Sequence record: SRR16203515_705
Direction: 5' to 3' (one strand)
DNA length: 64,000 nucleotides
In this document: positions 42,957 to 51,018 of the stretch, piece by piece
Position numbering within the stretch: the first letter of the stretch is position 1
Layout: each line of letters begins with the position of its first letter
Program-made: the position numbers and the translations under genes
The notes under the pieces: model-generated
The model's database searches: none
What the model was told of the DNA's origin: nothing
What the model saw: only the letters and a program-made list of their open reading frames with translations

Positions 42957-44030
42957 CTAGAAACGAATGTGGGTTGACGCATTAAGGCTTTTTCTCGCGC
43001 CACGCCAGTTATCAATATGGAACTTGGTGAACGGTAATCCCGTCGCCTCAAAAAATCGGGGCCAGCCGATACGATCAATCCAGTCATTAATTCGCTCCCA
43101 ATCCCGCGCATCCTCTTTGTAAGCCTGCAATATCCGCTTCACAATCGCCGTCGCCTCCGGCCATCGTGGCGGATTGTTGGGAACCCCTGATGCCACTAAT
43201 TTTTGAAAACTAGGCTTACTCCGGGCATTCGAATGATTGCCACCCACCCAAATCGCAAGTTTGGTGTGCTCCGGGTCGTTAATCTGCATGGGGGGACATG
43301 GGGGATAGCACGCACCACAGCAGATGCACTTCTTCTCATCCACCTCAAGCGTTGGCTTTCCATTGACCTGTGCAGGTCGAATGGCCGCTACGGGGCAGCG
43401 GGCCACAACCGATGGTCGCTCACAAACATTAGCAACGAGATCATGATTGATCTTTGGCGGTTTGGTGTGCTGAACATTTATCGCAATATCACCTTGTCCC
43501 CCGCAGTTAATCTGACAGCATGAAGTCGTGATGTGGACGCGGTTTGGCATATCACAATTTTTGAACTCGTCGATCAACTCATCCATCATTGCTTTAACGA
43601 CGCCAGACGCGTCCGTTCCTGGGATATCACAGTGCAGCCATCCCTGGGTATGGGAAATCATTGCGACAGAGTTAGCAGTGCCGCCAACAACAAACCCTGA
43701 ATCTTCGAGCGCACTAATTAGAGGATCCACCTTCGACGCATCGGACACCATGTACTCAATATTGCTACGAATCGTAAATCGCACGAAACCGTCGGCAAAT
43801 TGATCGCCAATATCGCAGAGTTTCCGAAGCGTGAACACATCGAGAATTCTTTGAGTCGCCGCTTTCACCGTCCATACCTCGTCTCCACTTTTGGATACGT
43901 GGCGCAAGACTCCCGGCCGCGGGTGATCATGCCAGTCCCAGGAACCAAAGTTCTTAACCATCGAGGGATGCATGTATTGGAAGCCATCCGGGCAACCTGA
44001 TTCGATTGGCTTACGCATTTCTTTAGCCAT
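42957..44030 (-). CDS. dsrB: Reverse dissimilatory sulfite reductase beta subunit
   Basis: HTQGWLHCDIP, SCCQINCG, CICCGACYPPCP, NNPPRWPE; start placed at ATG 44030. Confidence 0.97.
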   Translation of the reverse strand: MAKEMRKPIESGCPDGFQYMHPSMVKNFGSWDWHDHPRPGVLRHVSKSGDEVWTVKAATQRILDVFTLRKLCDIGDQFADGFVRFTIRSNIEYMVSDASKVDPLISALEDSGFVVGGTANSVAMISHTQGWLHCDIPGTDASGVVKAMMDELIDEFKNCDMPNRVHITTSCCQINCGGQGDIAINVQHTKPPKINHDLVANVCERPSVVARCPVAAIRPAQVNGKPTLEVDEKKCICCGACYPPCPPMQINDPEHTKLAIWVGGNHSNARSKPSFQKLVASGVPNNPPRWPEATAIVKRILQAYKEDARDWERINDWIDRIGWPRFFEATGLPFTKFHIDNWRGARKSLNASTHIRF

Positions 44031-44063
44031 AGTTCTCTCCAAAAAATTCTTGTATTAAGCGAA

Positions 44064-45338
44064 TCAACCTGCAGCAGATTGACTTTCTGCCTGACGCTCG
44101 AACCACTTCACCGCCTCTTCATCCCAGCCATCCATTCGTACGTAAGAAGACTGTCGGGGATCAGAAATCATATGAGGATCCACCTCAATTTCGATTCCCT
44201 CTAAGAAGTTGACCAAGCCGATTCGCTCAATCATCTCGCCGCAGCGCTCATGTTCAAGGCCGTTCTCGGCCCAAAAATCAATGGTGTTTTCAGCTATTTC
44301 AGTAATCTTTTCGTAATCCTCTTCAGATTCAAGCTTCATAAAGGGAACAATGACTGTACCCATGAGGTCACCAATCTTTAGCGTACGCTTTCCGCCCATC
44401 AAGATGGTAACGCCCTTGTCTTCTCCAGGCGATAACGCTTTTGGCACCACATTCAGACAGTGCATGCAACGCACGCAATTTCGGTTATCCACTTCCAGCG
44501 AATCATCGTCTTTAAGACTCATGCAGCGTGTCGGGCACCGCGTAATAATGTTATCAATCGTGTGCTGGCGGCCTTTTTCAGACACATATGCCTTCCAAGC
44601 CTCCTGGTCCACTTTCATATCGTCACGCCAGGTGCCAATGACGGCCATATCTGCTCGCTCGATGGAGTTCATGCAGTCATTAGGACAGCCCGACACCTTG
44701 AATTTAAATTTATAAGGAAGCGCGGGTCGATGCACATCATCCGTGAAATTATTAACTAGCGTTCTATGAATCTTGTGTTCATTCGCGCAGGACTGCTCAC
44801 ATCGTGCGGCCCCAACACAAGACATCGCGGTGCGAACACAAGACCCTGCGCCGCCCAGATCGAACCCATAATCATTAATCTCATCGAAAAAATGTTGCGT
44901 GTTATCCGTCGACGATCCGATAAACATGATGTTGCCCGTCTGCCCATGGAACGTAACCAGACCAGACCCCCACTTCTCCCAACTATCAGCGAGTTGTCGC
45001 AGAATGTCGGTGCTATAGTGATTACCGGCAGGGGGCTGAACACGCAGCGTGTGAAACTCTTTTGATTCTGGAAACTGCTGACCCACCTCGGAAAAGCGCG
45101 GAATAATACCGCCCCCATAACCATAAACGCTGACCGTGCCGCCTTTCCAATAGCCTTTGCGGGTCTCATAAGAGTGCTCAAGCTGCCCCAGCAGATCATT
45201 GGCAACCCCATTAATGCGCGCCTCTGGGTGCTCGTCACGGAGGCGTTTGATGCCCGATATAAAACTTGGCCAGGGACCATTTTCGAGCTCATCAAGCATC
45301 GGGGTGTCATGTTGCTTTTTATCAGTCATTTTCGTCAC
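44064..45338 (-). CDS. dsrA: Reverse dissimilatory sulfite reductase alpha subunit
   Basis: TPMLDELENGPWPSF, WKGG, CVGAARCE, YKFKFKVSGCPNDC, CVRCMHC. Start GTG 45338 or ATG 45329. Confidence 0.97.
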   Translation of the reverse strand: MTKMTDKKQHDTPMLDELENGPWPSFISGIKRLRDEHPEARINGVANDLLGQLEHSYETRKGYWKGGTVSVYGYGGGIIPRFSEVGQQFPESKEFHTLRVQPPAGNHYSTDILRQLADSWEKWGSGLVTFHGQTGNIMFIGSSTDNTQHFFDEINDYGFDLGGAGSCVRTAMSCVGAARCEQSCANEHKIHRTLVNNFTDDVHRPALPYKFKFKVSGCPNDCMNSIERADMAVIGTWRDDMKVDQEAWKAYVSEKGRQHTIDNIITRCPTRCMSLKDDDSLEVDNRNCVRCMHCLNVVPKALSPGEDKGVTILMGGKRTLKIGDLMGTVIVPFMKLESEEDYEKITEIAENTIDFWAENGLEHERCGEMIERIGLVNFLEGIEIEVDPHMISDPRQSSYVRMDGWDEEAVKWFERQAESQSAAG

Positions 45339-45484
45339 TATTCCCTTTTATTTCCGGTCGGGTTTGGCTGTGCAGACCTCGCACAACAACTTCACTGCCA
45401 TCGACGGGGCGGGTTCGCAATTACAATGCGACTCTCGGGTCTTCCGCATGCCTTGGTGGAGCGATGGTTTTGAATTCGATGTCC

Positions 45485-45562
45485 ATTTTAAGCCTGGTCG
45501 GGGCAGGCGCCATTCCCACAGGGGGTGACCATTAGAAATTCTGATTTACCCAATAAGGGATA
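45485..45562 (-). promoter_or_regulatory. Putative dsrA promoter: -10 TAAAAT plus two 7-2-7 palindromic sites
   Basis: TAAAAT on the minus strand at 45485-45490; TTCCCAC-AG-GGGGTGA (45513-45528) and TACCCAA-TA-AGGGATA (45547-45562). Confidence 0.5.
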
Positions 45563-45718
45563 GGTTTTATTTTGCAATGCAGAAATTCTGCTTGGGGCCA
45601 AAATCCGTAAAACTATTATTTCTCTATATAAACCAATAATTTAACTATTTTCTGCACCGTTCATATTTTTGACGGCTGCCTATAGATCAAAGGCGCGAGC
45701 CCCACAACTTCTGTTGAA

Positions 45719-45763
45719 TCCGTCTTTTGGGAGAGTTTTATAAATTGTCCCCCTCGTTACAAT
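45719..45763 (+). promoter_or_regulatory. Putative promoter of the tauD-cas6 operon
   Basis: -10 TACAAT (45758-45763) with a degenerate site TCCGTCT-TT-TGGGAGA (45719-45734) centred 31.5 bp upstream. Confidence 0.4.
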
Positions 45764-45783
45764 CTTTCCAACCAAAATCCTAA

Positions 45784-46695
45784 ATGTTTGCCCCTTTGAA
45801 CTTAACTGCATATCAATCGACGTTTACACCGCGCAACCCCGAAGAAAATGTCTTTGCAAATGAGCGTCACTGGGATCACTGGCTTTGCAAATATCGGGAA
45901 TCATTAGAGACACTCGTCGTTGATATCGAAACGCCCGCTCATCTCACAACTCAGGAACGCTCGGCCATTCAGGCTCGACTCAGTAGCGCCAATATGGTGG
46001 TTTACCGATGCGGGTCGTCAGAAGCCGTAAATCGCAACCAGATCGCCCAACTCGCAGAACAGTTCGGCTTGCTTAACCCCACCCACAACCTCTTTGCAGC
46101 AGAAGATGGTCTTAGCGAAATCGAAGTGAAAGCCGATGGACCTTCAAGCCAATACATCCCCTACACCAATCGCGCGCTCAACTGGCATACCGATGGCTAC
46201 TATCGTAGTCACAAAAATCCTGTCCGGGCAATGTTGCTTCATTGTGTGAGGCCGGCCCAGAACGGCGGATCGCTTGAAGCCATAGACTCGCGAGCACTGT
46301 ACGGGCTTCTCAAACAAAAAGACCATCGATTCACCGAAGCGCTTCGGATGCCTGATGTCATGTGGATTCCTGAGAACCAAGCACATGGCGCCAATCGCGA
46401 AGCCTCTTTAGGCCCTGTTTTCTTTTTTGAGAATAACTGTCTTCAGATGCGCTATACCGCTCGAAAACACAATGTCGTTTGGAAAAACACCGTTTTGATC
46501 TCGGAAGCAAAAGACGCGCTCGAAGAATATCTTGAGGACCCCAGTATCCGTTTTAGATATCAACTTCAGGCCGGTGAGGGATTGTTAAGTGCGAATGTAC
46601 CGCATCGAAGAGAACCTTTTTTTGATTCAGACGATCGCGCGGGGCGTTTGATATACCGCGGTCGCTATGCGCAACCGATTTCAACTGAGGCTTAA
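45784..46695 (+). CDS. TauD/TfdA-family Fe(II)/2-oxoglutarate dioxygenase
   Basis: LNWHTDGYY (HxD), LLHCVRPA..GG, NVPHRR (distal His), RxxxRGRY; divergent from dsrA. Confidence 0.85.
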   Translation: MFAPLNLTAYQSTFTPRNPEENVFANERHWDHWLCKYRESLETLVVDIETPAHLTTQERSAIQARLSSANMVVYRCGSSEAVNRNQIAQLAEQFGLLNPTHNLFAAEDGLSEIEVKADGPSSQYIPYTNRALNWHTDGYYRSHKNPVRAMLLHCVRPAQNGGSLEAIDSRALYGLLKQKDHRFTEALRMPDVMWIPENQAHGANREASLGPVFFFENNCLQMRYTARKHNVVWKNTVLISEAKDALEEYLEDPSIRFRYQLQAGEGLLSANVPHRREPFFDSDDRAGRLIYRGRYAQPISTEA

Positions 46696-46701
46696 AAGGC
46701 T

Positions 46702-46896
46702 ATGGACAGCGTACTTTGGATCAGCGAGCTGATTCTGCAAAATCAACCCGCGACTTTCGCCGAACTTACCGATCTGGTTCGCGAACGTGCACGGGCAGGG
46801 GATCGGTTTTTACGGATGGACGTTAAACCGCCTTATCCTGATACGCCCGACAACTGGGAATTCCGGCTCGAAGGCGCCTTCACCAGCCCCGTCTAG
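46702..46896 (+). CDS. Small hypothetical protein (64 aa)
   Basis: Clean ORF with GAGG RBS, tightly packed in the operon; MDVKPPYPDTPDNWEFRLE. Confidence 0.7.
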   Translation: MDSVLWISELILQNQPATFAELTDLVRERARAGDRFLRMDVKPPYPDTPDNWEFRLEGAFTSPV

Positions 46897-46922
46897 CACG
46901 AAACCGGATACCAGAATCTCAG

Positions 46923-47627
46923 ATGAAATATCTTAACAACGAATTTGACCTCGGCGCCGAATCTGAGGAGGACGCGTCAACCTCTGTCGAGGCGCTTGAG
47001 GCCCAGCTTGGCGCGGTAAGAGAAAGATTAAATGAGGCCCAGGCTCAAATTGACGCCCCGCAATGGCGCCAGCTCGCGTTACAGGAAGGCCGCCTTCTCG
47101 TCATGCTCGAAAAAGGCGATGAAGCGTGGTCGAGTGCCAAAATTTGCTTTGACCAATTTTGTAATGCAAAGCTCTGGGCAGACACTGTTGAAGCCGCACG
47201 AATAATGTTCCAGTCGGGGCACTCTGATTCACTTATTGCACTCGGTCACGGCGTCTGGCTCGCAGTAACTTTCCCAGTCGATCCAGAGCTTTCAGTAGCA
47301 CTCCTCCAAGATATCATCGACGAAACACCTGATGACTCTGATGGCGCTGCCGTTGCGGCTGCTGTTGCTGCCTATATTGTTGATCTACGCGCAGAAGGAA
47401 AAGAGCACGAATCCTTGTCTTTTTTTACCAACCAAATGTTGGGTGCAGTCGCCCGTCGACACAGCAGTATTGAAAATCAGGAAGCTTTTGATCAATGGAT
47501 CTCTAGACTCGAATTAAACGACCCCACTCGATTCCTACCGCGCCTCCGAAATGTTGTAGACGTATTAGTACAAGACAACTGGTGGATTGATCGAGAGGCA
47601 ATCCAGGCCGCGTTGCCGATACAGTAA
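46923..47627 (+). CDS. Hypothetical alpha-helical protein (234 aa)
   Basis: Acidic, helical composition; operon-packed; GHGVWLAVTFPVDPEL, RLRNVVDVLVQDNWWIDR. Confidence 0.75.
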   Translation: MKYLNNEFDLGAESEEDASTSVEALEAQLGAVRERLNEAQAQIDAPQWRQLALQEGRLLVMLEKGDEAWSSAKICFDQFCNAKLWADTVEAARIMFQSGHSDSLIALGHGVWLAVTFPVDPELSVALLQDIIDETPDDSDGAAVAAAVAAYIVDLRAEGKEHESLSFFTNQMLGAVARRHSSIENQEAFDQWISRLELNDPTRFLPRLRNVVDVLVQDNWWIDREAIQAALPIQ

Positions 47628-47635
47628 GAATCACG

Positions 47636-48334
47636 ATGTCATCTGCCTACTGGACTGAATCTGAGCTTGAAAAAGCGAAACCGGTAAAACCCGTGGTGGT
47701 TGATGTCGTCTTTAAAATTCGAGGTCGGCAGGTAGCGGCTGATCATGCTTTTGCTTTATCGAAAGCGCTCACAAATGAACTCCCATGGCTTGGCACTGAA
47801 CGAGAGGTCAGTATCCATCTGATCCACGGTGCACAATCCGCTAATGGATGGTGCAAGCCTGATGATAGCGGCATTATCGAGCTTTCAGGTCGAACTCGCC
47901 TTATCATCCGAGTGCCGCACACTCGACTTGAAGACGCAAAAGCCTTAATCGGCGCCAGTTTGAATCTTGACGAGCACAAGATTGAAATACTCGATGCAAA
48001 ACCTCGACCACTTTCAGCCAATTCGACCGTTTTTGCCCACCATGTTCGATCACCGGATGGCACAAATAGTGAACCGGCGTTTTTAGCTTCTGCAGCGCAC
48101 TGGCTAGAAGATCTCGCCATTACGCCCAAAAAAATGCTCTGCGGGGGGATGCGTCATCTAAACATGAATGAATCGGTTATCTCGACCCGGAGTCTTTTAA
48201 TTGCGGAACTTAACCCTACCGAATCCATTGCCGTTCAGACGCACGGGCTGGGACCGGACCGATTATTGGGATGCGGCGTTTTTGTCCCCTCCAAGAGTAT
48301 ATCGGCCGTCCACCAACCGGAATCTGACCATTAA
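47636..48334 (+). CDS. cas6: Cas6-family RAMP protein (type I-MYXAN Cas6/Cmx6-like), orphan
   Basis: VDVVFKIRG..VAADHAFALSKAL..LPWL, LSGRTRLIIRVP, L.G..L.L, and the C-terminal Gly-rich loop QTHGLGPDRLLGCGVFVP (GhGxxxxxGhG). Confidence 0.82.
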   Translation: MSSAYWTESELEKAKPVKPVVVDVVFKIRGRQVAADHAFALSKALTNELPWLGTEREVSIHLIHGAQSANGWCKPDDSGIIELSGRTRLIIRVPHTRLEDAKALIGASLNLDEHKIEILDAKPRPLSANSTVFAHHVRSPDGTNSEPAFLASAAHWLEDLAITPKKMLCGGMRHLNMNESVISTRSLLIAELNPTESIAVQTHGLGPDRLLGCGVFVPSKSISAVHQPESDH

Positions 48335-48365
48335 CACTATAGATACGTTGAAATAGGAATTCATC

Positions 48366-48704
48366 ATGCCAATCGAAGTTGACGGAAAATCAGTTGCCAC
48401 CAACGAAAACGGGTTTCTCGAAAACCCAGATGACTGGAGTCAATCAGTCGCTGAGGCGATGGCAGCCACAGAGGATCTCGCCCTGACACAAGAGCATTGG
48501 GATGTGATTCACTATCTACGAGAAGAGTATTTTTCAAACAACGGGAACCAGCCGAACAACCGAACGTTATTAAAAAAAATGGGGTCTCTTTGGGATCGGA
48601 AAGTGAGCAATAAAGAAATGTTCGATTTATTCCCTGGTAATCCGAGCAAGCAAGCTGGCCGTCTGTCCGGCCTACCCGAAAGTATGCGAAAAGGCGGCTA
48701 TTAA
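48366..48704 (+). CDS. DsrC/TusE-family paralogue lacking cysteines (RspA-type)
   Basis: NENGFL..PDDWS..VA..MA....LT.EHWDVI.YLR, LFPGNPSKQAGRLSGLP; ends ESMRKGGY; no Cys in the protein. Confidence 0.88.
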   Translation: MPIEVDGKSVATNENGFLENPDDWSQSVAEAMAATEDLALTQEHWDVIHYLREEYFSNNGNQPNNRTLLKKMGSLWDRKVSNKEMFDLFPGNPSKQAGRLSGLPESMRKGGY

Positions 48705-48764
48705 CTGCCGCGGCTCGCGGACGACAGAAAGTACGAATTCATATTTTTTTTAAAGGAGAGTTTC

Positions 48765-48968
48765 ATGAGTGGAAAGAAAGAGCTGATCGAAAAAATGATC
48801 GCGATGCAAAAAGCGTTTATTGACCAAGAACAGAACGGAGGCATCAATCCAAAAGATTACTTCGCGCCAGAAGATGGCCACGCGTTAGACGGCTATCGAG
48901 AATCATATGAAAAACTTGCGACACAGGTCGTCGACTTAGCTCATGAGGAGAAGGGCTCAAAGCGCTGA
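48765..48968 (+). CDS. Small hypothetical protein (67 aa)
   Basis: Strong AAGGAG RBS; MIAMQKAFID.EQ.GG...KDYF, VDLAHEEKGSKR. Confidence 0.75.
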   Translation: MSGKKELIEKMIAMQKAFIDQEQNGGINPKDYFAPEDGHALDGYRESYEKLATQVVDLAHEEKGSKR

Positions 48969-48976
48969 GCCTTAAT

Positions 48977-50023
48977 CTAAAGGGCAAGCGCTTCTATCGA
49001 ACATCCCTCAAAAACACCATTCTGCGGCTCACCACTGGCTCGATGTCGCGCCAGGAGCCCGGTGGCCTGACGGCGCCAGTGATGACTTCCTTTGCGCACG
49101 ATTTTTCGCAAGGGTTGAAAATCACCTCCATCAACCCAGCGCTGATAAGCGTTAAATAGCGACGGAAACAATTGCCGGCGAATGCCCGCCATGGTCGCAA
49201 AATAAAAGTGTAAAGGAGATTTTTCTTCCTGACTCAATAACGCCGGCAGCACCATCATGCAATCAGCAAGCAGGTCTCGAACCGCCCGAATCAAAATCTC
49301 TTGTGCTCGGTCGCTGGCCGCCATCACCATCTGATTCCAGTCGTCTCCTAGACACTCTCCGCATATTTTTTCTCCCAATTCATGCAGAATCGCGAACTCG
49401 CTAAATTGCTCAGCCATCCGATCAAGGGCGGTCTCTGGATCCTGACCAAATCCATAACCCGCGAGTGTTCGGGCCATCGCATTTTTAGGTTTTTTCCATC
49501 GCCACTCCTCTATCATCTCCCATAAAACCCGACGAAGCGCTTCTTGCCGAATCCATATCGTGGTGCCGCGCGTCATGGCAGGAGGCGCGATCAGTTCACG
49601 AACAACCTCTTCTCCAGTATAAAAAAGTTCGTACCCGTCTCCTTGCTCAAAAGTGGTGAGGCGACCAAGCGAAAACACCGGTTTATCGAATCGACCAATC
49701 CCTGCGCTGTACCCGTAACCTTGCGGTACAAGCCAGCTGTTGATCTGCTCGATATCAAAAGCATCGACTTCACCCGTCGGCAACGGAATCTTGCGGTACG
49801 ACTGACCTTCCAAGGTGTCCCAATATTGCTCGCGCGCCGATACCCACTCTCCTACCATTCCGGCATCCAGCTTCGCATCGTAAGGTAGATTCTGTTCCCA
49901 CCTAAAGTACTCTCTCATGTGCATTAAATAAACGCATAACGAATAATCACCTGCGTGTTCCGCGTCAGAGAGATCGCAGTTGTATTTGACTGACTCAATC
50001 AACAAATTAGGAAGTGACGACAT
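48977..50023 (-). CDS. Hypothetical protein resembling the Sfum_1244 family
   Basis: NCDLSDA.HAG.YSLCVYL..MREYFRWE, ILHELGE, RAVRDLLADC, LHFYFA; family recalled from memory. Confidence 0.7.
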   Translation of the reverse strand: MSSLPNLLIESVKYNCDLSDAEHAGDYSLCVYLMHMREYFRWEQNLPYDAKLDAGMVGEWVSAREQYWDTLEGQSYRKIPLPTGEVDAFDIEQINSWLVPQGYGYSAGIGRFDKPVFSLGRLTTFEQGDGYELFYTGEEVVRELIAPPAMTRGTTIWIRQEALRRVLWEMIEEWRWKKPKNAMARTLAGYGFGQDPETALDRMAEQFSEFAILHELGEKICGECLGDDWNQMVMAASDRAQEILIRAVRDLLADCMMVLPALLSQEEKSPLHFYFATMAGIRRQLFPSLFNAYQRWVDGGDFQPLRKIVRKGSHHWRRQATGLLARHRASGEPQNGVFEGCSIEALAL

Positions 50024-50063
50024 CTGTAAACCTTAAGATAAAATGGTGGTGGGAAGCAATACT

Positions 50064-50657
50064 ATGGCGACAAGAATCCGCGACCGGTGGCGAAATACCG
50101 GACAACCTGTTCCGCTTGAGGAAAATGCAAAAGCGCTGGCTTACGTATGCTGGCAACTCGCATTAACGTCTGCCCGTAATCTTCATGCGGAGGATTACAT
50201 CTATGATGATGACCAACAACGGGTTGGAGTCATTCGAGAGTATCTGATCTTCCTCGTACACGTCGCGGACCGGCTGGCTTTTGATCTTCTCGACGAAGGC
50301 GATCGGCCCGAGTTTGTCTCTGCACTCGCCTACAATTGCGGGTCGCAACTACAACGAAACGCCAGCGAAATCTTGGGTTCCAGGGATTATCGCGATGCGT
50401 TTATAGCCGCACTTAACGATCGCAGTTCTGATTACGGTCAATGCTCGTTTCAAAGCGGTTTACCGGGCTACAGTCTTCTGCGTGTTTTTGGGGATCGCGT
50501 AAAAGCGATAATGGGGGATGACCAAACCAATCGATGGGTAATCGATCAAGTCATGGAGATTGACGGCCCGGATCTTGCTAAAAGACTTTCGAAGTCGTTT
50601 AGCAACTTGGTCAAAGGCTCATCGGTTGACGAGCCTCGCGATGGATTTTCACCCTAA
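50064..50657 (+). CDS. Conserved hypothetical protein
   Basis: About 197 aa; EYLIFLVHVADR, RWVIDQVMEIDGP. Start 50043 or 50064. Confidence 0.7.
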   Translation: MATRIRDRWRNTGQPVPLEENAKALAYVCWQLALTSARNLHAEDYIYDDDQQRVGVIREYLIFLVHVADRLAFDLLDEGDRPEFVSALAYNCGSQLQRNASEILGSRDYRDAFIAALNDRSSDYGQCSFQSGLPGYSLLRVFGDRVKAIMGDDQTNRWVIDQVMEIDGPDLAKRLSKSFSNLVKGSSVDEPRDGFSP

Positions 50658-50665
50658 CGTCGAAA

Positions 50666-50863
50666 TTACGATTTTTTGAAATCCGATGCGCTGTCTGTGT
50701 TGTGATTCTGCCCGTCCTCGTAACCCGCTGAATAGGCCGGGGAAACACGCTGTTCCTCGCGTTCCGGATTACCCAGATAACCCCCTACCCAGCCCTGCAC
50801 GTAGTCGGGATCAACACCCATTTTTTCCAGCGTATCGACGGTTTCATAGTAGACCGAGTCCAT
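50666..50863 (-). CDS. Small protein resembling the Alvin_2107 family (sulfur-globule oxidation associated)
   Basis: 65 aa from ATG 50863 with GGAG RBS: YY.....LEKMGVD.DY.QGW.GGYL.NPEREEQR...AY.AGYEDG; family recalled, not searched. Confidence 0.6.
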   Translation of the reverse strand: MDSVYYETVDTLEKMGVDPDYVQGWVGGYLGNPEREEQRVSPAYSAGYEDGQNHNTDSASDFKKS

Positions 50864-50900
50864 ATTAGTCTCCAGTAATCTTGAAAAAAAAATTTCTTCG

Positions 50901-50945
50901 ATATTACCCTCACCCCAGCTGAACCGGGATATCCCCCTTGGGTGA
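50901..50945 (-). promoter_or_regulatory. Putative promoter with a 7-2-7 site upstream of the Alvin_2107-like gene
   Basis: -10 TAATAT (minus, 50901-50906); TATCCCC-CT-TGGGTGA (50930-50945) centred 31.5 bp upstream. Confidence 0.5.
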
Positions 50946-51018
50946 GAAAGCACTATTTGCGGTATGGTCCTAAAAGCGCCCTAATTAAGAAAAATTGATA
51001 AATATTGAATTTAGATTC

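Noticed and set aside
45480-45783. Sigma-54 (-24/-12) promoter for dsrA, suggested by rpoN in the window
   Set aside because: I found no properly spaced TGGCAC-N5-TTGC match; sigma-70-like -10 hexamers fit better.
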